Source of the DNA: an uncultured virus (IMG/VR IMGVR_UViG_3300037466_002099)
Taxonomy: Duplodnaviria; Heunggongvirae; Uroviricota; Caudoviricetes
Virus record (IMG/VR): IMGVR_UViG_3300037466_002099
Direction: 5' to 3' (one strand)
DNA length: 32,071 bases
The notes under the pieces are model-generated. The model was given only the letters and a program-made list of their open reading frames with translations, had not been told where the DNA came from and made no database searches. A program made the position numbers and the translations under genes. Below, piece by piece: positions 23,985-32,071 of this stretch; within the stretch, counting starts at the first letter, position 1; the number at the start of each line of letters is the position of its first letter.

Positions 23985-25700
23985 ATGAGCGTCTTTTTCA
24001 ACGGCCGCCTTTGGATCTCTCCCGCCACGATGTCGGCGGTGGATGATTCTGCAATGGGCAACAAGAATCTTACCGTCGGTAACGTGGTGGCGCTGATCGG
24101 CGCGTCCGAGGGCGGCGAGCCCAACACGGCGCTGCGCTTCGGCAGCGCGGAAGAAGCGGAAGCCGTTCTGCGTAGCGGCGAGCTGCTGACCGCTATCAAG
24201 ATGGCCTTCGACCCGAGCTCCGAAACCGGCAGTCCGGCGGAGATCGTCGCTGTGCGCGTCAATCCTGCCGTTCAGGCTTCGCTGTCCCTGCTCGACGGCA
24301 GCAGCAATCCGGTCATCACCCTGACCTCGAGCGACTACGGCCTGTACACGAACCAGATCAAGGTCAAGGTCGAATCCGGCTCGACCTCCGGCAAGAAAGT
24401 CACTGCGCAGCTCGGCAACGACTACTATTCGCAGGACAATCTGGCGCGCAACGCCTTCCAGATCCAATACACCGGCGTCGCGCTGACTGCCGTCATGTCG
24501 ATTTCCAACTCGGCAATTGTTCTGCAGGCACCCAGCGGCTCGACTGTGGCGACGATCGACCTCAACACCTACAAGACGGTGCAGCAGGTCGTCGACCGCA
24601 TCAACTCGGTCGCCAACTTTACCGCCTCGGTGCTGGACGGCAACGGCCAGACCGCCGCTTTGAACGGCCTGGACAGCGCGACCTCGGTCGATGTCAAGAC
24701 CAGCGCCGCCACCGCCACGGCCAACCTGCAAGCCGTCGTCGACTGGATCAACAGCATCGGCGAGGGCTTCATCGATGCGGCCCGCGTCACGAATGCCGGC
24801 ACGCTGCCGGCCAACATCGGCTTTACCTACCTATCCGGCGGCTCGGACGGCACGATCACCAATACGCAGTGGAGCAACGCTTACACGACGCTGCAGACGG
24901 TCGATGCGCAGTGGGTGACGCCGGTATCGAGCGACCCGGCCATCCATGCCATGAACGACACGCACTGCGCGTTCATGAGCAATGTTGGTCGCCGCGAGCG
25001 TCGCGGTCTCTGCGGCATGCCGCTGAGCTCGTCCGATAGCGCCGCTCTGACCGCCGCCAAGGCGCTCAACAGTGACCGCACGTCGTTGGTGCACCTCGGC
25101 CACTACGACTATGACGACAACGGCAATCTGACGCTGTTCGCGCCCTACATGACGGCCGCCCGCATCGCGGGTGCTTTCGCCGGCCTGAACCCGGGCGAGC
25201 CGATGACCAACAAGTCGATCAAGGTGCGCGGCCTCGAGCGCGACCTGCGCAACCCGACCGATACCGACGTGCTGATCACCGGCGGCGTGCTGTGCGTCGA
25301 GAATACGTCGAACGGTTACAAGGTCGTCAAGTCCATCACCACTTGGCTGAACAACGACAATTACAACCGTGTCGAAGTCTCGACCGGCGTTGCCCTGGAC
25401 TTCACGGTGCGTAACGTGCGCGAGGCGCTGGACGTGCTGCGCGGCCAGAAAGGCGGCCCGCTGATCCTGCGCCGCGCGGCCAGCATCACCGAATCCGCGC
25501 TGCGCAAGCTGTCGGTGCCGGAGCCGAACGGCCCGGGCGTGCTGGTCGGTGACGCCGACAACCCGCCCTACAAGAACATCCGCGCCTTCGTCGAGGGCGA
25601 TGTGTTGGGCGTCAGCTTCCAGTGCTCGCCGGCCATCGGCGTGAACTACATCCCTGTCAGCGTCTTTGCCGTGCCTTTCAGCGGCTCGGCGACGGCATAA
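23985..25700 (+). CDS. Contractile tail sheath protein (571 aa)
   Basis: VALIGASEGGEP, DYGLYTNQIKV, YLSGGSDG, EPMTNKSI, LITGGVLCVE..GYKVVKSITT; size and position before the tube gene. Confidence 0.92.
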   Translation: MSVFFNGRLWISPATMSAVDDSAMGNKNLTVGNVVALIGASEGGEPNTALRFGSAEEAEAVLRSGELLTAIKMAFDPSSETGSPAEIVAVRVNPAVQASLSLLDGSSNPVITLTSSDYGLYTNQIKVKVESGSTSGKKVTAQLGNDYYSQDNLARNAFQIQYTGVALTAVMSISNSAIVLQAPSGSTVATIDLNTYKTVQQVVDRINSVANFTASVLDGNGQTAALNGLDSATSVDVKTSAATATANLQAVVDWINSIGEGFIDAARVTNAGTLPANIGFTYLSGGSDGTITNTQWSNAYTTLQTVDAQWVTPVSSDPAIHAMNDTHCAFMSNVGRRERRGLCGMPLSSSDSAALTAAKALNSDRTSLVHLGHYDYDDNGNLTLFAPYMTAARIAGAFAGLNPGEPMTNKSIKVRGLERDLRNPTDTDVLITGGVLCVENTSNGYKVVKSITTWLNNDNYNRVEVSTGVALDFTVRNVREALDVLRGQKGGPLILRRAASITESALRKLSVPEPNGPGVLVGDADNPPYKNIRAFVEGDVLGVSFQCSPAIGVNYIPVSVFAVPFSGSATA

Positions 25701-25717
25701 CCGGAGGGTAAATTATC

Positions 25718-26143
25718 ATGGCAACTCAGAACTTGAAAACCCGCTCCGGTAACCGGATTGCGGCAGTCTTCGACGGCAAGCAGATCGGCCTGCTGCAGTC
25801 GGTCCGCATGAACGACGATTATTCGCCGGAGCCGGCTTCCGGCATCGGCGATATCCATGTTCAGGAGTACGTGCCGACGATGGCGCGACACTCGATCTCG
25901 GTGTCGGCGATGGTGCTGAACAAGGGCTCGATGATGTCGGCCGGCATCGCAATGGAGAACGGCGACGCCGTGCTGCAGGGGCTCGTGTTCGACATCGAGG
26001 TCTACGACAAGGACACCGGCGACCTGCTGCGCAAGTACATGGGCGTCTCCTATGCCTCCGGCGATATCGACATCACCAAGCATGCGATCGTCGTGCAGTC
26101 CGGCCAGTTCAACGCGCTGGACGTGCAGGGCACCGGCGTCTGA
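25718..26143 (+). CDS. Tail tube protein (141 aa)
   Basis: Directly after the sheath; SGNRI....DGKQIG.LQS..ND.YSPE...GIG.I..QE.V pattern; RBS GGAGG. Confidence 0.85.
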   Translation: MATQNLKTRSGNRIAAVFDGKQIGLLQSVRMNDDYSPEPASGIGDIHVQEYVPTMARHSISVSAMVLNKGSMMSAGIAMENGDAVLQGLVFDIEVYDKDTGDLLRKYMGVSYASGDIDITKHAIVVQSGQFNALDVQGTGV

Positions 26144-26158
26144 TCGGTCCGCTACAGG

Positions 26159-26187
26159 AAAAGCCCGCTCCGGCGGGCTTTTTTTTT
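26159..26187 (+). terminator. Rho-independent terminator (possibly bidirectional)
   Basis: AAAAGCCCGC-TCCG-GCGGGCTTTT with a 9-T run. Confidence 0.9.
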
Positions 26188-26203
26188 GTCGTGATCGGAC
26201 AAT
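26188..26203 (+). promoter_or_regulatory. Putative phage late promoter (GTCGTGAT-CG-GACAAT)
   Basis: One-mismatch motif copy abutting the terminator T run, upstream of the chaperone gene. Confidence 0.65.
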
Positions 26204-26243
26204 CACCGTACTGCCCCTTTAACCCTGATTTTTGGAGAACCTT

Positions 26244-26609
26244 ATGAGCCGCACCCCTAACGCGAGCGATTTTCATGTCGATGTTGATGGCATCGGCCGG
26301 TTTGCCTTCGGCCGCCGCACGATCAACGACACCTACAAGATCCGCGCCGCCTATGCGCGTCTGACCGACGGGAATTATGACGAGGATGGCAATGTCGGCG
26401 ATATTTCCGCGATCGCGCTGGTGACCATCCGTGTGCTGCTCGTCGCGCAGCCGGACGGATTCGATATCGAAATGCTCGACCCGCTGCTCGACGATAAGTG
26501 GGAAGAGAAGATCATGAAGGTGTGGACCGCGCTTCGCGATAAGGAGCTCTCCTTTCGCCCAAAACCAACGCAAGCGGGCGAAGGATCGGGCGAAGCAGCT
26601 AGCCAATAG
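26244..26609 (+). CDS. Tail assembly chaperone, short form (121 aa)
   Basis: RBS GGAG at 26234-26237 and ATG at 26244; lies between tube and tape measure genes. Confidence 0.7.
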   Translation: MSRTPNASDFHVDVDGIGRFAFGRRTINDTYKIRAAYARLTDGNYDEDGNVGDISAIALVTIRVLLVAQPDGFDIEMLDPLLDDKWEEKIMKVWTALRDKELSFRPKPTQAGEGSGEAASQ

Positions 26610-26829
26610 TTACGAGCTTTGGTTCCGCGACAAATACAATTTGGCGCCGACCGACCCGCGCTTCCTAGACGCGACGCCTGAGCAAATTGAAACGGAGTAT
26701 TGGGCTTACCAGTACCGGGACAACAAGGTGCAGGAAGAAATCGAAGACGATGATTTCAACCTCGAAGCGGTGCTGGCAGAGATTGAGAATAACCCGGGCG
26801 AGTGGGAAGACGTGATTAAAGATGACTGA
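26557..26829 (+). CDS. Tail assembly chaperone C-terminal extension, probably reached by a +1 frameshift (fusion ~194 aa from 26244)
   Basis: +1 frame is open 26518-26829 with no ATG and reads AQNQRKRAKDRAKQLANSYELWFRDKYNLAPTDPRFLD...; TCC_TTT_CGC at 26550-26558. Confidence 0.6.
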   Translation, partial: AQNQRKRAKDRAKQLANSYELWFRDKYNLAPTDPRFLDATPEQIETEYWAYQYRDNKVQEEIEDDDFNLEAVLAEIENNPGEWEDVIKDD

Positions 26830-29536
26830 CGGCATAAAAATCCCAGTATCGGCAGATGTCGGCTCGTTTCAGTCCGGAACGGCGCAGGCCGGCAAGAGCC
26901 TTGAGCAGCTTGGCAAGACGGCCGAAAAGGTCGCGCAGAAGAAGATCAACTTGATCGACGAAAAGGCGCTGGATGCCAGCATGCGGCGCCTTGAAAAGCG
27001 ATTCGAGCAGTTCTTCAAGCGGGTCGAGGACGGGGTAAAGAAGGTCAATTCCGCTTCAGGAGGCGGCGCGGCCGGTGCGCCGTCGCCTTCGTTGCCGCCT
27101 CCGCCTGCGCTGCCGGCGCCTCAAGATCGGCGTCCGCGCCGTCCGGTGAATCGCTATCGCTACACTAATTCGCCGGAGTTCTCGGATGTCGGCCATAACC
27201 TGCTGAGCGGGTTTGGTGGCGGCTTCGGCCAGATCGCCTCCTATGGCGTGCGCGGTGCACGGGCAGGCATTCGCGACGCCGAGGCGTCGGGCGGCTCCGG
27301 CGGCCTGGGTGGCTTGGGCGGCTTGGCTAAGGGGCTCGGCATCGGCGCGCTCGCGTTCGGCGCCTATAAGCTGGCCGGCGCCGCGTCCGAGGGCGTCGAT
27401 ATGGCGAAGGAACGGGCCAATTCGCTCGATGTCCTCAAGCGCCAAATGGGCGACCTGGGCGTCAGCTTCGAAAGTCTGAAGGTCGTCAGCGAGTCCGCCG
27501 CGCAAGGCATGGGCATCAACTCCAAGGAGGCCGCCGACCTCGCTCAGCAGTTCAACAAGCTGAGCCGTGGCGGCGAGAGCGGCTTGGGGCTTGCCGAATC
27601 GGTGCGAACCGGCGTGGGGCTGTCGCGGGCCTATGGTCTCGACCCGTCCGCCGGCGTGGGCTTCCTCGGCGGTATGCGCAACATCGACCCGAAGCAGAAT
27701 AACCGCGAGCTCGCGCTGATGCTGGCCGAGGCCATCAACAAGTCCGGCATGAGCGCACGGGCGGACGAGCTCATGCAGGCGATCCAGTCCTATGCCGCCA
27801 TGACCTCACGCATGAGCCTGTCGTCGCCGAACGTGTCCGCCTACGCGGGCGCCTATGCGGGCCTTATGGGATCGGGTTACGCCGGCATGACGCCAGACGT
27901 TGCAGCCGGCATCCTCTCGCAAGCCAACTCTGCCGTGATGAGCATGGGTGGCGCTGGCGAGGCGGGGCAAAATTTCATCCTGCAGGCGATGCAGCGCCAG
28001 GGTGCCATTGACCCGATCGCGGCACGCGCCCTGGCGGAAGGCGGCATGTTCGGCACGCGGCGGAGCGTGTTCGGCGGCGGCCCGCTGGCGAAATACTTCG
28101 GCGGGCTCACGGGTGGAAGCGGCGCCGATGTCACCACTATCGATTCCATCAAAGCCTACCTCGACCGCCAGGGCATGAGCCCCGAGCTGAAGCTGGACGC
28201 CTTCAAGAACCTGATGCACTTGTCGTCCTACTCCAACGCGGCCGCGCTGATGGACATGCAGTCGCCGACGCTGGGGCGCCTCTCCGGCATGATGAGCAAG
28301 TACGGCGTCGACCCGAATAGTCTCAATCCCGAGGGGCTGCAGGGGCTCGCGCGTATCGCGGACGCTTCCGGCAAAGGCGAGCTCTCGTCTATCGCCGACA
28401 TGTATATGCGCCGCACCGGCAAGGGCGCGCTGAACGACGACGAGAAGCGGACGCTGGAATCCGCCAAGGGCATGGACGAGGAGTCCTTGCGCGGCGCCCT
28501 GATCAAGATCGCCGCCAGCAAGGATCAGGAGCAAACCGACGCGACGCGCATGCGCGACAGCCTGAAGTCGATCGAGAACGCGCAGATTACGGTCGGCGAT
28601 AAGCTGCTGGTGCCGCTGATGGCGATGAAGGACTTGCTCGGCTACATGGCCGGCGGCGGAAAGAAGTCGCAAAAGCAGATCATGACCGATATCGCCAACC
28701 TCGAATACGAGGATGGCGCTGGGCCGCTGAAAAAGCGAAAGGCGGAAGTCGAGGCACGGATTGCTGACTCGCAAAATCGCCTGTCGAACATGGACTTCAA
28801 TAAAAAACACCCGTTCGGCGGCCTTTTCGCTCCGGATCCTGAGTTTTACAAGGGCGTCCAAGACAAACTTGCGGCTGACCAGTCGGAGCTGTCCGGCATC
28901 AACGGTCAGCTCGACAAGCTGGATGCCGAGCGCCAGCAGCGCTTGGCGCCGGTGATGACGGACAGCTCCAAGTGGCGGGCTTACCAAGGGCAGGGCAATA
29001 CTCTGTTCGATGCGCTGATCCGCGCGGAATCCGGCGGCCGGCACTATGCCAAGGATGGCAGCCTGCTTTCCTCGAACAAGGGTGCGCTCGGCATCACGCA
29101 GGTCATGCCGAAGACGGGCGCCGACCCGGGCTATGGCGTGACCCCTCTGCGAAACCAGACGGAAGAAGAATACCGCCGCTTCGGCCAGGATTACCTGAGC
29201 GCGATGCTGAGCGAGTTCGGAGGTGACCAGCGCAAGGCGTTGGCCGCTTACAACGCCGGCCCGGGCGCGGTGCAGGATGCCGTTCGCAATGGCGGCAGCG
29301 GATGGCTCGATAGGCTGCCCAAGGAAACGCAGAACTACGTGTCGTCGATCATGCAGGATGCGATGGGCAGCGCCTCGCAGATCCCAACCTCGGCGCCGGC
29401 GTCGGCGGGCGGCACCGGCGAGACAACGCATGTCGTGCGCAATGAAATCGTGCTGAAGTCGTCGGACGGCAAAACCTCGACGATATCGAATGACGTGGTG
29501 ATCGCGGTCCCGCGTGGCGCCGGGACCAAGAGGTAA
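26822..29536 (+). CDS. Tape measure protein with C-terminal lytic transglycosylase (SLT) domain (904 aa)
   Basis: A/G-rich helical body; SLT motifs ALIRAESGG, GALGITQVMP, ALAAYNAGPG, LPKETQNYV; follows the chaperones. Confidence 0.88.
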   Translation: MTDGIKIPVSADVGSFQSGTAQAGKSLEQLGKTAEKVAQKKINLIDEKALDASMRRLEKRFEQFFKRVEDGVKKVNSASGGGAAGAPSPSLPPPPALPAPQDRRPRRPVNRYRYTNSPEFSDVGHNLLSGFGGGFGQIASYGVRGARAGIRDAEASGGSGGLGGLGGLAKGLGIGALAFGAYKLAGAASEGVDMAKERANSLDVLKRQMGDLGVSFESLKVVSESAAQGMGINSKEAADLAQQFNKLSRGGESGLGLAESVRTGVGLSRAYGLDPSAGVGFLGGMRNIDPKQNNRELALMLAEAINKSGMSARADELMQAIQSYAAMTSRMSLSSPNVSAYAGAYAGLMGSGYAGMTPDVAAGILSQANSAVMSMGGAGEAGQNFILQAMQRQGAIDPIAARALAEGGMFGTRRSVFGGGPLAKYFGGLTGGSGADVTTIDSIKAYLDRQGMSPELKLDAFKNLMHLSSYSNAAALMDMQSPTLGRLSGMMSKYGVDPNSLNPEGLQGLARIADASGKGELSSIADMYMRRTGKGALNDDEKRTLESAKGMDEESLRGALIKIAASKDQEQTDATRMRDSLKSIENAQITVGDKLLVPLMAMKDLLGYMAGGGKKSQKQIMTDIANLEYEDGAGPLKKRKAEVEARIADSQNRLSNMDFNKKHPFGGLFAPDPEFYKGVQDKLAADQSELSGINGQLDKLDAERQQRLAPVMTDSSKWRAYQGQGNTLFDALIRAESGGRHYAKDGSLLSSNKGALGITQVMPKTGADPGYGVTPLRNQTEEEYRRFGQDYLSAMLSEFGGDQRKALAAYNAGPGAVQDAVRNGGSGWLDRLPKETQNYVSSIMQDAMGSASQIPTSAPASAGGTGETTHVVRNEIVLKSSDGKTSTISNDVVIAVPRGAGTKR

Positions 29537-29539
29537 GCC

Positions 29540-31018
29540 ATGAAGCGCATTCCTGTTCGCCATCCCGGTATCTCCGTCAAGCTGATCAAGAACGTCGGTC
29601 GCTCGCTGCTGTCTGGCAGCGCCATCGTGTCGGAGCGGTTCGCCGGGCAAAATCGCATCGTTGACCTCGAGCCGTTCCTGTCGGAGCGCAGCCGCATCAC
29701 CGTATCCAAGTCCGTTCGCGAGCCGGCCGGCGGGTTTTCGCTGACCTTCATCGACCGCATCGACGAAGGCGCCGAGGATTCGCTTTACGGGCTATTTGAG
29801 CCGATGGACCTCGTTGAAATCCGCATGGCGAGCAAGAGCGCGGCCGACGGCTCGGAAATCCCGATCATGATGCGCGGATTCATCTCGCGCGTGCAGCGTC
29901 GGCGCTCGATGGGCGATGACGGCAAGCCGATGAGGACGATCACGGTCACCGGCCAGGACTACGGCAAGATATGGCAAATCCTGCAGGTCTTCTTCCTGCC
30001 CAACCTGCCCGATGTCGGCAACATGATCACCAGCTTCCCATTTTTCGCGCGCTTCGGCCTGTCGATGCAGACCATGCGCGCTGATGAGTTCGTGAGCGAA
30101 ATTTTCGCCAAAATCATCAACCCGTACATTACCGAGATGGGCGGGCAGGGCGGCGGCGATTCTACTTCGACTGCGCTCATGAAGATCACGCCGGATATCG
30201 AGATTGTCGACGGCATCGTCTCGCCGTTCGGCACTGGAAACTGGCGCGGCGGCACCATCTACAGTCTCCTCATGGAGAATTGCGATGTCGGGCCGTGGAA
30301 CGAGCTATTTATCGAGGATCGCGACGATGGCCCATACGTGGTCTATCGGCCCAATCCGTTCATGGCCGCCGATGGCAAGACCTTCATCCAGCCGCTCAAA
30401 AAGGTGCCGGACATCATCGCGATCACATCGGAAGACGTGGTGAGCCAGGACGATGAGCGCTCGGATGAGCATGTCGCCAACTATTTTTGGGTAGATGCGC
30501 CACGCTTTGCGCTCAACCGCACGGAAGTATTGCGCGCGATGACCTATCAGGGCGATCCGTCGACCTTCTTCATTCAGGACTACGGCAACGTCAACCCGAA
30601 GCTGTACGGCACGCGCAAAATGTGGGAGCAAACCATGCAGGGCGGACTGGGCGAGACCGACAGCGGCAACGGCACTCCGGCGGGCGGCGGACGGCAGATC
30701 ACCGATGCGAGCGCGACCGCATGGATCAACGCGCGCCGTAAGGTTCTGGTCGAGCAGAACAAGGACAACGTGCTCTTTGAAAGCGGCTCGATGCGACTGA
30801 AGGGCAACGAAAATATCCGCGCCGGCACTTATGTCCGCATCATCCAAGGCAGCATGGAGCCCGACTATTACGCCGTCTCCGTACAGCATGACTTTGTGCC
30901 ATTCGACGGCTTCTACACGACCGTCAATTATGAGCGCGGACGAGGCTTTATCGAGCGTGCCATGCAAGGCGGCGGCGCCGCCTCCCCGTATTGGACTGAG
31001 CTTTCTGACAACGAATGA
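29540..31018 (+). CDS. Baseplate hub protein (492 aa)
   Basis: Follows the tape measure; GGFSLTF...MRGFISRV...ITVTGQDYGK and SGSMRLKGNENIRAG...YYAVSVQHDF are typical of gp27/gp44-like hubs. Confidence 0.7.
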   Translation: MKRIPVRHPGISVKLIKNVGRSLLSGSAIVSERFAGQNRIVDLEPFLSERSRITVSKSVREPAGGFSLTFIDRIDEGAEDSLYGLFEPMDLVEIRMASKSAADGSEIPIMMRGFISRVQRRRSMGDDGKPMRTITVTGQDYGKIWQILQVFFLPNLPDVGNMITSFPFFARFGLSMQTMRADEFVSEIFAKIINPYITEMGGQGGGDSTSTALMKITPDIEIVDGIVSPFGTGNWRGGTIYSLLMENCDVGPWNELFIEDRDDGPYVVYRPNPFMAADGKTFIQPLKKVPDIIAITSEDVVSQDDERSDEHVANYFWVDAPRFALNRTEVLRAMTYQGDPSTFFIQDYGNVNPKLYGTRKMWEQTMQGGLGETDSGNGTPAGGGRQITDASATAWINARRKVLVEQNKDNVLFESGSMRLKGNENIRAGTYVRIIQGSMEPDYYAVSVQHDFVPFDGFYTTVNYERGRGFIERAMQGGGAASPYWTELSDNE

Positions 31019-31926
31019 ACACTTACGATAGCATCGAAATCGGACTTGTCGTCGCGACGTATCCGGCCGGCAACTCGGTCGACGTTCTCCTCGACCGGGA
31101 CGGCAGCCGGCTCAGCAACGTGCAGGTTGCCGTGCCGATGGGCTCGGACATATGCGGCGTGCTCGACCTGCCGGATATCGGCGGCCCGGCCGATGATAGC
31201 CGATGGAACATTACGGCCAGCCGCACGCGCTATATCCGCGCCATCGTGCAGTTCTACCGTGGTATGCCGATCGTGACGAACTTCCTGCTGCCACAGGTCT
31301 GCCAAGTCACGTTCGACGAGAAAAATCGCCGCATCGATCGCCATGCGTCCGATGTCTACACCTCGATCGACGACCTGGGGAACTATGAGCTAGCCTTCCC
31401 GAACGGAAGCTATCTTCGCATCGGAACCTCGCCGGCGCATGAAGACCTGACGGCCAGGGATTTCGACAAAAAATGGGCGATTACCCGCAACACCAGCAAT
31501 TCACTGTATTTCCATTACACGCACAAGAACGGCGGCTTCGCGGTCACCACGGTCGAGATTGACCCGTCCGGCAATATTAAGCTGTTCGGCGAGGGAAATC
31601 TCACGGCGACCATCAACGGCAACGTGACCGCGACCGTGGGCGGGAATGTGCATGCGACAGTTTCCGGCACCATGACCGCCGATGTTACCGGAGCGGTGAC
31701 CATAAACGCCCCCGCCGGCACCACGATCAACGGCCCGCTTACAGTCAACGGGCTCTTGACCTATACCCAAGGCATGGCGGGATCGGGCGGCGGCGGCAAC
31801 ACGGCCACGATCAACGGCAATGTGACGGTGACCGGCGGCGACGTAACGGCCGACGGCAAGAGCCTGAAGACGCACAAACACGGCGGCGTCACCACGGGCG
31901 GCGGCCAGACGGGCGTGCCCGTCTAA
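31015..31926 (+). CDS. Baseplate central spike (gpV/gp45-like, 303 aa)
   Basis: N-terminal OB-like region, beta-helix repeats (GNLTATIN-GNVTATVG-GNVHATVS) and C-terminal HxH metal site SLKTHKHGGV. Confidence 0.85.
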   Translation: MNTYDSIEIGLVVATYPAGNSVDVLLDRDGSRLSNVQVAVPMGSDICGVLDLPDIGGPADDSRWNITASRTRYIRAIVQFYRGMPIVTNFLLPQVCQVTFDEKNRRIDRHASDVYTSIDDLGNYELAFPNGSYLRIGTSPAHEDLTARDFDKKWAITRNTSNSLYFHYTHKNGGFAVTTVEIDPSGNIKLFGEGNLTATINGNVTATVGGNVHATVSGTMTADVTGAVTINAPAGTTINGPLTVNGLLTYTQGMAGSGGGGNTATINGNVTVTGGDVTADGKSLKTHKHGGVTTGGGQTGVPV

Positions 31927-31935
31927 GGCTGATTT

Positions 31936-31951
31936 GTCGTGACGTTACGAT
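31936..31951 (+). promoter_or_regulatory. Putative phage late promoter (GTCGTGAC-GT-TACGAT)
   Basis: Motif copy; ATG at 31958 is 6 nt downstream. Confidence 0.75.
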
Positions 31952-31957
31952 GGGGGA

Positions 31958-32071
31958 ATGAACCTCGCGCCTCCATCCAGTCAAAAGGCCGATGTGCGCC
32001 CGATCAGCTTCGTGCTGGTCGATCAATCCTCCTCGGCCGGTGCTTTTTCGCTCTCGATTGATCTGGTTATC
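31958..32071 (+). CDS. Hypothetical baseplate-region protein, 3'-partial
   Basis: MNLAPPSSQKADVRPISFVLVDQ... is open to the window edge, directly behind the promoter motif. Confidence 0.6.
   Translation, partial: MNLAPPSSQKADVRPISFVLVDQSSSAGAFSLSIDLVI

Larger units (their letters stand above)
1..32071 (+). mobile_element. Myovirus-type phage/prophage region (helicase cargo, head, neck, tail and baseplate modules), truncated at both window edges
   Basis: Co-oriented, tightly packed genes in virion-assembly order: protease, scaffold, capsid, neck, sheath, tube, chaperone, tape measure, hub, spike. No host housekeeping genes seen. Confidence 0.95.

Noticed and set aside
23985..31926. Tailocin, eCIS or T6SS interpretation of the sheath-tube-spike genes
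   Set aside because: Capsid, protease, scaffold and neck genes are in the same module, indicating a complete phage virion.

Overview
The whole window is a contiguous, GC-rich stretch of a contractile-tailed phage or prophage, almost all on the + strand and cut at both edges. It opens with two giant SF2/SNF2 helicase genes: a DarB-like N6-adenine methyltransferase-helicase fusion and a 1509-aa helicase with a long helical N-terminus. An AT-rich site with IHF boxes and short repeats lies between them. Next come the head genes (protease, scaffold, major capsid), a candidate collar/neck-fibre module, neck genes, sheath, tube, chaperones, a tape measure with a lytic transglycosylase domain, baseplate hub and spike. 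Capsid, neck and tail proteins and their order recall Herelleviridae (SPO1/Twort-like) virion modules; this is recognition from memory, not a database result. Two free-standing homing endonucleases (HNH, GIY-YIG) and a two-gene moron are inserted. Main observations: (1) an 8-copy promoter motif G[T/A]CGTGA[C/T]-N2-[TCG]ANNNT heading the structural transcription units, often apparently leaderless; (2) a recurring hydrophobic-x-K|[A/S] candidate protease site in scaffold, capsid, protease and the helicase N-terminus, suggesting capsid-packaged helicase cargo; (3) a likely +1 frameshift at TCC_TTT_CGC in the tail chaperone gene; (4) a recoded gene end next to the HNH gene. No terminase, portal, integrase, RNA gene or CRISPR array was seen.
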